DNA of 64,000 bases from contig MU058824.1 in NCBI GenBank assembly GCA_013265495.1, forward strand, positions 992,001 through 1,056,000, read 5' to 3'. This document shows positions 1 to 11,690 of the stretch, in pieces. The DNA comes from Vicugna vicugna (Eukaryota). The notes below the pieces were generated by a model that made no database searches, had not been told where the DNA came from, and saw only the letters and a list, made by a program, of their open reading frames with translations. Made by a program: the position numbers and the translations under genes. How positions within the stretch are numbered: the stretch's first letter is position 1; each line of letters opens with the position of its first letter.

Positions 1-140
1 ACGTCATAAGAGTTTTGTTTTTTTTAGGCAGAATAAGTTATGCGCATGCAGAATCCTCCCCTGGGGGAAGTCCTGGACCTGGTTTCCTTGGGATTCTGAG
101 GATTGTTTCTCATAATGGGGGCGGAATGTTCATTGGCTAC
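1..140 (-). promoter_or_regulatory. Probable proximal-promoter edge (gene/TSS likely left of the window)
   Basis: ACGTCA CRE-like half site at 1-6; NRF1-like TGCGCATGCA at 41-50; GC box GGGGGCGG at 117-124; NF-Y CCAAT on minus strand (AGCCAATG, 131-138). All within 140 bp. Strand is inferred. Confidence 0.5.
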
Positions 141-289
141 AGGGTTGAATTCCTGGTTTGATGCCTGTTTAAAAAAAAAAAAAAAAGAGGATTAAAAATA
201 CCAAGTCCCTCAATTAGAGCACTAGGAGTGGGTGATAATGTTGTGAATCATTAAATGTCAGGTTTGTAGAAGGCCTAGTATGAGCCATG

Positions 290-395
290 CATTTGTCAGA
301 CGAGGAAACTGAGACTAAAGAGAGAGCTGTCCAGATATCCCATGGAAGATGGCAGTAACAGGGCTGAAATGCATGCGTCCTGACTCCCAGACTAG
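290..395 (-). mobile_element. MIR SINE fragment
   Basis: Reverse MIR core GAGGAAACTGAG followed by CTGACTCCCAG. Confidence 0.6.
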
Positions 396-3300
396 TGGGG
401 ATTGGGATGAGGAGTTGGAGGAAAGGGTCAATTCTGGTTCCACTACATCTAAGCTGTATGACCTTGTCTATACATTAAAGATGATATTGATTAGTTTTGT
501 CTGTAAGAAGCCAGGAATGGAACCTCTGGATCTTATGCTGTGAACTATGTCCTTTCCTCAGGCTGTGCCCTAACTCTGGAGCAGGAAAAGCTAGCCACTC
601 CCTAAAGCTAAGGCAGCCTGACTAAGCCACCCACCCACACTCTCTTCAACTGCATGCCACACTCTGGTTTCCACTGGCCACTGGAGGGCAAACAGTGGCT
701 TCTTAGACACTCCTCACTTAGGAGATGAAAGGAAGACTCAAAAAATAAAATGCAAAGAGAAAAGGGAATAAGCAGAGCCTGCTACTCGGAATTTTTCAAT
801 TTACCCCTCATCATGGAAAACTATAATCCAACCATGTGCCTGACTTGATCTCCACCAGACTTGAAACTTAGTGCACCCTCTAGAGGCCAACCTTTATCTC
901 CAGTTAGTCCAGTGCGCTCAAGACCAGACCCATCAGAGGTATAGATAGTCCCCACAAGACAGAAAATCATGAATTACCTCAACAATCTTGGCAAGGCTGT
1001 TGCTCTAATCCTTTCCACTGCTCTTATGTCCTACTTGGTCCTACATGGAACCATTGAGATGGGAGGTTCATACTCCCAAAGTCTTTATAAATGCCTCTTT
1101 CATGCTGCTCCACACTCTCCACAGCAAGCTGAAAAGTCACGTTCTCTCACATTAACCACTTGGTTAACTAGCTGAAAACTACATAATGGACATCCAAAAG
1201 CAACAAACCAGGATCACAACAGAAATTTCCACATTTGCCACCAAACTATAAGTTATCATTGCATCCTCTCCTATTTTAATCAGTCTCCCTTTGCCACAGA
1301 GAACACTCTCCAGCTATGCCAAAAGCTCCTCCTTTTATACCTTGATTCTAGCCATGGAAGCCACAGGAGCTGTAGGAGCCGGGATGGAAACCAGGTCTCT
1401 TCTTTAGTAGCTGCATGCTGGCATCTTCTGCTGTAGTAACTTTCACACATCCTGAGTTGGGTCCATCCACAGCTAGCTCTCTCATGTGTCCCACTTCCCT
1501 GAAGTTCCAAAAGATCAACAAGACAAATTGCTGTTCCAGGACTCACTTTCAGTAACTGCAAAACACAAACTTATCTCAAAGCCAAATGCCAGTGACATAT
1601 GCTAGCTTCCAGGAGATAAAGACCTGGGATTAAATGAGATTAGAAGAACCCTCCTTAGAGCATACGTCTGGAGATTGGAAAGCATACACATGGCAGAGAT
1701 TGGCTTCATGTTATCTCCATTTCTGGGCTGTCCTGTTTTACATATTGGGAGGTCACATGCTAGGGTATTCTTCATTTGGGAGGTAGGGAAATGGGGCCAG
1801 AGAGTTACTTGGTTTGCTTCCAGTCTAGATGTTTGGCTGGGTGGGTAGCTGTGAAGTCACGTTGATCCTGAGATATGCTTGTGATTTCTACTTTCTGTGG
1901 GTGGGAGGCTGATATTATGCTCTTAGAGGTACTGGTAAGGTACTTACATCCAGGCTGGCTCAAGAAAGTCTGAGTGTATATGCCTGATGTCCTGACTTCC
2001 TGTCTGGTTGGCACTTATCCAGAATGTATTTTATTTTTGTTTTTAGGAGGGTTACTTCATCCTTCCATGCATACTGTATAACCCTGTCTGGTGAGCTTGG
2101 TTGTACAAAGTGACTTTGTATATGGAAGAGAGAATAGGTGAGATTATGTGGCCTAACTTAGCAGGTAACCATGAGAAAAACAGGCTGAGCTGTCCATTCA
2201 TTGTCTCCAGGTCTAGATGTAGAGAAGAGGCAAGAATTGGAGAAGAGACATCATAAAGAGTCAGGAAGGACTTTTATAATCCTCTGGATTTTTCTGGCCT
2301 AAGGCCACATTCCTAAATTAAAGAGAGACCCAAAATATGGAATATGATGGCTGAAGTCCTCAACTTCTGGGGAGGAAAGCTAAAGCACCTTCTCACACAC
2401 TCTACCCACAGCAAGAGTTTTCTGACACAGGGAATAAGCACTGCTCTACTGGGGTGCTAAGATGATGATGGTAAAAGGATTTTAAACACTTGCCAATTCC
2501 AGTCACCTAATATAACTGCTTAGGGCATCATGTTGAGAAAGATTCTAGGTTTGGAAAGAATGAGAGCCATCATTGATTTAGGATGTTGGCCATGATTCAG
2601 GAACAGAGAGCATCTGCACACATCTCAGTAATTTGTCATTTCTGTGCTAACAGGAAAAGCTTTCAAAGGGAGGAGCAAAGAATTTTAAAACTTCTTCCTT
2701 CCACATGGCATGACCTATTGGACCCTTTTCCTTTGGGGATTGATTATGTCTGTAACTCTAGTTGGCTAAGAAGGGCTGGGAGCCACTCTAGTTTATGACA
2801 TTGCTCTTTCCTACCATTAATTTTGTAAGGGCGGGTAGGGTGGGAGATTTAAGCCTATTGCACTAGATCTTAGGAAAACACTCTTTCCCTTTATGTTCTT
2901 TCCACTGGGTGTGTTCTTCCTTCTTTCTGCTCATGAGAATGATAGCTCTTAGAATGAGCTAGGATAGTTTTTCACATAGGACTTAGTCCATACAGGAGCA
3001 CAAAGTTCATCCTTATGATTTAGGCATAATCTAGCCTATCTCACCAGGGTGGAAAGAGTTGATGCCAAAGCTCTCTGTAGTTATAACAATTTTTCCTCTG
3101 ACTGGCTTTGTCCATTTGTACCTTGCTCATGGAGCTAGCAGGACTGATGTCAGACAAGGTGGGATTAAGCATTCATGGATTTGAAATCTCAGCAAAGTAT
3201 CTTACCATCTTTTTACTATAACCAATAATATATTTTTTCCTAGAGATGTAGAGATTTAAGACAATTCATATAAAATGCCTAGGACTCAGGTAACTGCTAC

Positions 3301-4744
3301 ATAGTTAGCTATTACTATTATCATTATAATAATGACAGATGTCACTTGAAGACCAAGTCTTTCCTTACCTGATTTGATTTTTGGCCAAGGTAATAAATCT
3401 TGGTAAGAACCAGACAGGAAGATAACTCTCTTGAGAAAATATCTGGACAACAGCAGGCAGTGCCTATGTCCTCTAAAGTTCCAGTAGTAAGAAATTCAAT
3501 AGAAATTCCATTCTAAAGCCCATTGTTCAAGTGAGTGCTTTGAAATATAAATATAAATTTTGTTTTACTTTCATTATACTTTGTGAGGTTTTCATTATTT
3601 CTTTCTTTAAAAATATACAGGAGGTCCAGGGTGAGCTTCTCCAGATAATACTTGCTCAACAGTTGGCTGGGTTTGAGATGACACAGACTCCAGATGTGGT
3701 GTATCCAACCATTAGGAAATCTTGAGGCTTTTTGGCAAGCTAGTTTCAGGATGGCTAGAAATTAGGCGATGGGTATGCTTCTTAGCTCCTTCCATGAAAA
3801 GGGTCACTTTACCATTATAGTGGGACAGTCTGGATGAGATAGCTCTTGGAAAGTCACTGGTTCACATCGTTAAAAACAAATATAAATATAGGATTTGAAG
3901 GTTTTGGTAAGTTAGGTTTATACATTGGCTCTTGGTAGGAAAAGAAAAAAACTCTGTGTGTACATTTTCAAGATACGCCAATAAATATGCTGAAGGCCCT
4001 GTTTTCCAAGGAAAACTTTGGTGGATAAGAAAGCTGGGGATGCTGGCCAGGCCCTGATCTGTATAAATAAATGTTGGGCCGAAGATGTTTAAGGGCTTCT
4101 GCTTTTACAGGGAGGGAAAGAATTCAGAAATGGAAGGCCCCAAAACATGGATGATGCCATGGTATGAGGGCAGAGGGGCATCTGGTTAGCTAGGAAAGGA
4201 GGCTGAGAAGGTGCCGTGTGAGCCCAAGTATGTACTGTGTAAGTTTAAGGCTAATTTATGTGAGCTGAAGGGTGTACAGTTTCAATGTATGCTGTATCAG
4301 AAATTTGGAAGGTGATATGAAATTAGGATTTTCCCAGGGGAACAAGATACACCCTGTGTTTTTCCTTGGCCCAATTACTTTCTTCCTCATGAGAAATCCA
4401 AGGAAGACAGATATGCTCAAAACTACTAAAATATAGCATTACTGGTCAAGACTTTAGCACTGAAATCTTTTACAGAATTCCAATAAACTAGGCTAGACCA
4501 TGTGAAGGGATCCCCTTTTCTAACCAGAACTGACCATGTGATTAATTAATGTTCCACTGGATCTAGGGAACTATCCCACCTGAGGTAGACACACTTGGGA
4601 TACTGGTGTTTGTGTCATATTTGACTGTCCCTCTCTCAGAATTATTCCCCTCTATGTCCATCCAGCATCTGGCTCTGCTCTTGCTTATCAGGGAGAAAAC
4701 TAAAAAACACAGAGAATAAGCTGAAGGGAGAAAGATTTTAGCTG

Positions 4745-4940
4745 GTTGAGAAAGAACTTTCTAATGGTCAAGCTCTCCATTATGGAAAGACTGCTCTGAA
4801 GATAGTAAGCTCTCTGTCTCTGGAGGGGAATTAGCCAAGACAGGTCAACTTTTTTTTGGAAATGCTGTAGAAGAGTTTATAGCCTCAAAAGAGGACAGAC
4901 CCACTAAGTCCCTCTCCATCTTTAGAATTATGATTCTGAG
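4745..4940 (+). mobile_element. L3/CR1-type LINE 3' end fragment
   Basis: AGAAAGAACTTTCTAATGG...AAGTCCCT...ATGATTCTG resembles the CR1/L3 tail; similar to 50100-50265. Confidence 0.45.
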
Positions 4941-5084
4941 TCACTTCACTCTAGGCCTCAGTTTCCTCATATTTAAAATAACTCCTGAGGTCCATTTCTG
5001 CTCTGTAATAATGATAGTCCCTTGATAATATTAGCACATATTTTAGTGCTTTATAGGTTAAGAGAACAGAATGAATTAAAAGCA

Positions 5085-8000
5085 TGACAAATAAAAGCTT
5101 AGGAAATTCATCACCACTAGATGCGTCTTACAATAAATTCTAAAGGTGGTTCCTCAAGTTGAAATGAAAGGACACTAATTAACAACAAAAACTTATGAAT
5201 GTATAAAATTCATTGGTAAAGGTAAATATATAATTAAAGTCAGAATTCTCTAATATTGTAGCCATGGTACATAAATTGCTTTCAACTCCAGTATAAAAGG
5301 GAAAATTTAGAGTAGAAATTAGTGAAGTAGAGAAGTAAAAAAATAAAGAAAAATAGAAAAGATCCATGAAATTAAGAGTTTGGTTTTTGAAAAGACAAAT
5401 AAAATTATCAAACCTCTAGCTAGACTAAGAAAAAAAGAGAGGTGATTCAAATAAATAAAATTATACATTAAAGGGGAGACATTACAACTGATACCACAGA
5501 TGTAAAAAGTATAATAAGAGACAACTAGGAACAATTATACACTGACAAATTGGATAATCTAAAAGAAGTACTTTCTTATGGTAGCTCACAGAGAAAAAAA
5601 TGTGACAATGAATATATATATATGTTCATGTATAACTGAAAAATTGTGCTCTACACTGGAATTTGACACAACATTGTAAAATGATTATAAATCAATAAAA
5701 AAGTTAAAAAATAAAAATAAAAGCTTGCAACAATTAAAAAAAATAGAAGTACTTAAATTCCTACCAATGCTTTAAAAACCTACCAAGAATGAATTATGAA
5801 TAAATAGAAAATCTGAACAGGCCAATTACAAATAAGGAGATTAAATCAGTGATCAGAACCCTCCCAGCCTCCCAGCAGACACCAGACAGCCTCACTGGTG
5901 AATTCTACCAAACATTTAAAGAAAAATTAATGTCAGTCTTTCTCAAACTCTTCCAAAATTGAAGAGGAGGGAACAATTCCAAACTCATTTTATGAGGCTA
6001 GTATCACTCTGATACCAAAGCCAGATAAGGGCTTTACAAGAAAAGAAAATTACAGGCTAATAAACCTGATGAACATGGTATAAAAATTCTCAACAAAATT
6101 CTAGCAAGCTGAATTCAGCAGCACACTAAAAGGATCATGATCAAATGGAACTTATCCCTAGGATGCAAGGACAGTTCAGCATATACAAATTAATACATAT
6201 GATACATCACATTAACAGAATGAAGGATAAAAGTTATCTGATCATCATAATAGATGCAGAAAAAGCATTTGACAAAATTCAACATTTTTTCATGATAAAA
6301 CCTCTCAAAAAATTAGGTATAGAAGTAATATACTTCAACATAATAAAGGCCATAGATGACATGCCCATAGCTGACATCATATTCAACAATTAAAAATTGA
6401 AAGCTTTTCCTGTAAGATCAGGAACTAGATAAGAGTACACACTCTCACCGCTTCTATTCAATTTGGTACTAGAAGTCCTAGCCAGAGCTATTAGGCAGAA
6501 AAAGAAGTAAAAGGCATCCAAGTTGGAAAAGAAGAAGTACAATTTTCTGTTTGCAGATGACGTGATCACATATATAGAAAACCCTAAAAACTCCATTGAA
6601 AAAGTATCATATTTATAAAGAAATTCAGTAAAGTTACAGGATAAAAAAAATCAATATACAATAATAAGTTGTGTTTCTAGGCACTACCAACAAACTATCT
6701 GAAAAAGAAATTTTAAAATCTCATTTAAAATAAAATATTTATGAATAAACTTCATTAAGAAGGTGCAAGAACTGATGAAAATAAAGAATACACAAGTGGA
6801 AAGTTATCCCATGTTCATGGATTGGAAGAATTAACATTATTAAAATACCCATACTACCAAAGCAATCTATAGATCCAATGCAATCCCTATCAATATTCCT
6901 ATGGCATTTTTCATAGAAATAGAAAAAACTATCCTAAAATTCATATGGGTCTACAGAAGGCCCCAAATAGCCAAAGTGATCTTGAGAAGGAAGAATAAAA
7001 TTGAGGTATCACACTTCCTGATTTCAAACTATATTTCAAAACTATGGTAATCAAAATAGTATGGTACTGGCATAAAAACAGACACAGACTAATGGAGCAT
7101 AATTGAGAGCCCAGAAAAATATCCACACATATATGATCAACTAATAATTGACAAGGCACCAAAAATACACAATGGGGAAAGGATAGTCTCTTCTATAAAT
7201 AGTGTTGGGAAAACTGGATAGTCACATGCCGAAGAATAAAATTGAATCCTTTTCTTACAGCCCTCTGAAAAATTAACTCAAAATGGATTAAAGACTTAAA
7301 TGTAAGAAAGCATAAAACTCCTGGAAGAAAATGTAGGGGAAAAGCTCCTTAATATTGGTCTTGGCAGTAGTTTTTTAGATACGACACCAGAAGCACAGGC
7401 AATGAAAGCAAAAGTAAACAGTGGGAAACTTTAAGTTTGAAACTTAAAAAGCTCCTGCACAACAAAGGAAATGAAATGAAAAGGCAACCTAACAGAAAAC
7501 AGGAATAGGAAAAATATTTGCAAAACACATACCTGATAAGGGATTAATATCCAAAGTATAACAAGTGTTGGCAAGGATATGGAGAAAAGGGAACGCTTGC
7601 ACACTGTTGGTGGTTATGTAAACTGGTACAGCCATTACAGAAAACATTATGGAGGTTCCTCAAGAAATTAAAAATAGAACTATCATATGATCCAGCAATC
7701 CACTTCTGGGTAAATCGCTAAAGGAAACAAAATCACTATCTTGAAGAGATACACTCTCAAGTTCACTGCAGCATCATTCACAATAGCCAAGATATGGAAA
7801 CAACCTGTCAGCAGATGAATGGATAAAGAAGATGTGGTATACACATGTACAGTGGAATATTACTCAGTCTTTTAACAAAAGGAAATCGTACCATTTGTGA
7901 CAACAAGGCTGAACCTTGAAGGTATTATGCTAAGTGAAATAAGGCAGACAAAGAATGACGAATACTGTATGATCTCACTTATACTTGGAATCTAAAATAG

Positions 8001-8290
8001 TTAAACTCAGAGTCAGAGAGTAGAATGATGGTTGCCAAGGGCTGGAGGGATGAGGGAAATGGAGATATGCAGGTCAGAGGGTAAAAATTTTCAGTTATAA
8101 AATAAATAAGTTCTGCAGATCCAATATACAGTATGGTGACTATAGGTAACAATACCGTATTTCGCATGCCTAACATTTTCTGAGTAGATCTTAAATGTTC
8201 TCACCACACACAAAAAAAGGAAACTATCTGAGGTGATGGAATTAACTAAATTTATTGTGGTAATCATCACACCATATATAATATATATAA
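5085..8290 (+). mobile_element. Decayed LINE-1 (L1MA-like 3' end): ORF1 C-terminus, internally deleted ORF2, 3' UTR
   Basis: 5086-5178 translates DK*KLRKFITTRCVLQ*ILKVV (L1 ORF1 C-term). ORF 6145-6393 has [14 protein letters not shown] motif LFADD at 6547-6561. Typical L1 3' UTR to ~8290. Many stops and frameshifts. Confidence 0.95.
5574..5744 (+). mobile_element. Young 5'-truncated lineage-specific L1 3' tail nested in the older L1
   Basis: Flanked by direct repeat AGAAGTACTT (5564-5573 and 5745-5754); A-rich tail; removing it restores the host L1 ORF2 sequence; homologous to the reverse complement of 54083-54199. Confidence 0.85.
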
Positions 8291-9699
8291 TTTTTTAAAG
8301 CATGATACATTTACTTTTAGTGCTGATAGTCCACTTTAAGGAAAACCACTGGATTGGCCAGTAAGAGAAAATTACAGGAGAAAGTGAAATAGAAGTCCTG
8401 TATTGTCAGTATTGGAGCTAAATATGAGGTCATTAATATTTTAAAGAATAAACACATGTGTATCTGCATGTATCACTCATTCTGCCTAATGTTTTATCTA
8501 TTCATGCCTCTCCCTTCAGAAATAGTTTGCCTTCACGTGGGATATAATCCAGTTTCCCAGCCAGCTTTAGGAGATGCCAAATATTTAATGACACCCTACC
8601 TAGAAACAATAAATACATTTGAGTCACTGTTAGACTCCTGGGGAAAGGGATGCTGAAATTTTGATGAAAGGGATTAATAAATTATAACCAGGCTATTAAG
8701 ATGTGAATCACTAAAGACTCCTGACACTCTTTTTCCTTTCTCTAATTAGAATTAAGAAACAAATAAACAGACTTACCTCCCTGTGTTTAAAATTCCTCCT
8801 CTTCCTTTCTGAGGCCAGTTGGTTGGTTGGTCTAGTTCATGGACTTTCATTTAGACATTAAGACAGCTTTAACTGACCAGCAGTAAGGGTCTGACCGTTC
8901 AGAGGCAGTGCACTGGGCAGGGGGCTCTAAACCAGATGCTACGACCATATTGGTGAGATGCCAGTCACACAGCTGGGGAGAGAGAAGCCCCAATTTATAG
9001 GCCAAGGGTATCTTCCTAATCAAAATGCTGCTGGTGGATTTCGGGGCCTGCTTCAAGCTGTCATAGACGCAAGCTTCCTGGAAGAAACCTTAGAGATGAT
9101 CTCATCCACCCCTTCTTGTGCAGGCAGAAACTTATGAAAGTTCAAAATTTTTCTCAAAAGAGAGGGAGCAAGTTGCCTGAAGTTACACAACTGATAGCAA
9201 ACTTCACACAAGAACCTGGGTCTCCTGACACCTAGACCACTGCTGCCCTTTCTACATCTATTTCTATACCTATTGGAGGGGCCTGAATCCAACAGCTCTG
9301 TACTCCCTTCTTCAGTCACTAGACCAGCTCTATGATAGAGTGTCAGAGGACAACTACAAGTATCAGGTATCTGAAGACAATCCCAGCACCCCACTGTGTG
9401 TGAAAGGTCCATGGCTCGTCCCTTTGAATACCTGATGTGGAGCCCTCTCGTCACACTCTTTTGGTGTGGGTACAGACACTGACTCTCATACTCACCTTTG
9501 CATCCTGGAGCCTGGACCAATGCCCAGTAGAGGAGTCCTTAGAAGAAGGGGTTGGGGGAATGTTGAAGTAAATGAATCATGAGAGTTTAATTTCAGAGCT
9601 TCTCTCTCTTGTTTTTTTTTTTTGAGTGCAGTTACTCAATGCCAAAATTGGTTTAAAATGCATTTTCCTCCAATATTTCGTGGATCTGCTTCAAGACAA

Positions 9700-9990
9700 A
9701 TCTTCAGTAAACATCTGTTCAGGTTTACTACATTCTGTGTGCTAGGTAAAAAAGATAGAAAACACAGCCCCGTCCTCAGGGGCTCACAGTCTAGTGAGGA
9801 AGACTGATGCTCAGACTATTGTGATCTGGGATGAAGGTACACCATGAGAGGGTGCATCATAGAGAGACATGCAGACCAGAGGCGGGGCAGAGGTGACAAC
9901 TGAGCTGAATGTTGAAGGAGATGTCAGTCAGGGAGATGACAAGGAAGGGCATTTCAGACAGAGGGAACAACATGTACAAAAACCATGGAA
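9700..9990 (-). mobile_element. L2 LINE fragment
   Basis: Reverse L2 3' end (TGTGCTAGG...CCTCAGGGGCTCACAGTCTAGTG). Confidence 0.6.
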
Positions 9991-11514
9991 TGAGATAGCT
10001 TGAGAAAGCATGGCCAAAGACATAGGAAGAAGGAAATTGGCAAATGTTAGGATAATCTACAAAAGAAATTTAAATTTGTTTGCTTCTCTACATGTTTGCT
10101 TTTCCAGAAGAGGTCATTGTTAAATAGAGAAAGAAGCACTGGATTCGAAACAGGAATAGCTCAAAACAATGACTCCATTTGTAGTTGCTGAGTTTATATT
10201 GTACATGCCAGGCTCAACTAACACAGTTACCACATGAAGAGGAATTACTACACCTCCCCATTTACACCTGGGGAAACTGATGCTCAATGAGAGCTAGTCA
10301 GTACTAACAGGATTGCTTTGCCTCTCAGTCCCATTTGTTGAGATCCAGGGACGTAGCATAATCGGATCCAGCACCTTAGATACAGTACAAGGCTACATTA
10401 TCCCTATCTTGGTAGGAAGTTTCCTTCTGCCATAAAGAACTGCAGTCCCTTCATCTTCCCTGAGCTTCCCCTATGATGGTTCCTGCCAGAGCACGCAGGA
10501 ATATCTACAACCTTCCAAAGCATGGGAGAACGCTGTTCCACCCACTCTCCTGCTCACACACCTCAGTCACCTCTCAGCAAACTTTCCTCATAGACCTGGA
10601 AGTGTGCCCCCTCTGGTGTGCCTGAGTGTGGGTTTGTTTCCCAGTCTCTCCCATGAAAATTTCCCAAGTACTTGCTCCCAATGTACCATCCACTCGTGTC
10701 CTCTTCATATACCCCCATTCATTGAGAGCTGCCTTCCCCTTAGATTACAGTTACTGCATCAAACTTACAGCCTAGCACTGTCACCTTTTCTAAGGAGGCC
10801 CCTTCTCCTCACACAAGAGTCACCCCTTCCTCTGGGCATTCCCCACCCTTAGGGGCTTCCCTACCATTTGTCAGAGCTCAGTTAATTCTTCAGCCCCCAA
10901 AAGATTGAGAGTCATAGAAGGTAAGGACTGTTTTGGACACTTGTGCACCAATTGAGCAAACAGTTGGCCTCCCAGGTATAAATGGGCTGAATCCTAGGGA
11001 AGATTCAAGCCCTGACTCTGTCCCTTCTTCAGGTCAGACATAGCCTGTGTTAGAAGCTGGTAAAACAGGGTCCTCACCTGACCCGGTCACCATGCAGGTA
11101 GACATGAGGCAGGCATGTGCACCCAGGAAGACTTCTAGCTCTGATAAACTTCTGGAGGTTTCATGGCCCATCCTCGCTTCTAACCCACATGGAGCCCGGA
11201 GATGTTAACAGAATATAACCGGTGTTTTTGATCAGCCCCACCACCCGTGTCAGTCCACGCATGTATGCCTCCACTGCATCCTGCAGAAAGCACTTGTCAT
11301 TTCTAGGGAGTGGAAAGCACCACTCCCTATTTCCTTCATATTTATGTAATCCCCTCTTATTATATTCCTTTGGCCCTTTTAATGATATTTTGCATGAGAC
11401 TGGAGTAAAGTATGTATCTTCATATTTCCATACGTAGATTTCTTTCAAGAAACATTTCTGACTGAAAAATGCTCAGTACTATGACCCTTTCAATACTAAT
11501 TGGCTCACTCATCA

Positions 11515-11690
11515 CTAGATTTGAATCTCAGCTCCTCCAATTACTCCTATCTTCATAATTTTGAACCAACGACAACCTGAGTCAGTTTCCTCACCTGTAA
11601 AATGGGAATTATGCCAACTTTTCTGCAGCTTGGTTGTAAATTTGGGAAATAATTACAAATGCTCATAATAGGCACTCAATAAATAACTGC
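11515..11690 (+). mobile_element. MIR SINE
   Basis: Core TCAGTTTCCTCACCTGTAAAATGGG and tail GGCACTCAATAAAT. Confidence 0.75.

Noticed and set aside
6145..6393. 82-aa ORF with reverse-transcriptase-like motif
   Set aside because: Fragment of decayed L1 ORF2 surrounded by stops and frameshifts; not a gene or a novel RT system.
8771..8779. Consensus splice donor GAG|GTAAGT on the minus strand (a similar one is near 3364-3372)
   Set aside because: Isolated 9-mers are expected by chance in 64 kb; I could not link them to a recognisable exon chain or peptide.
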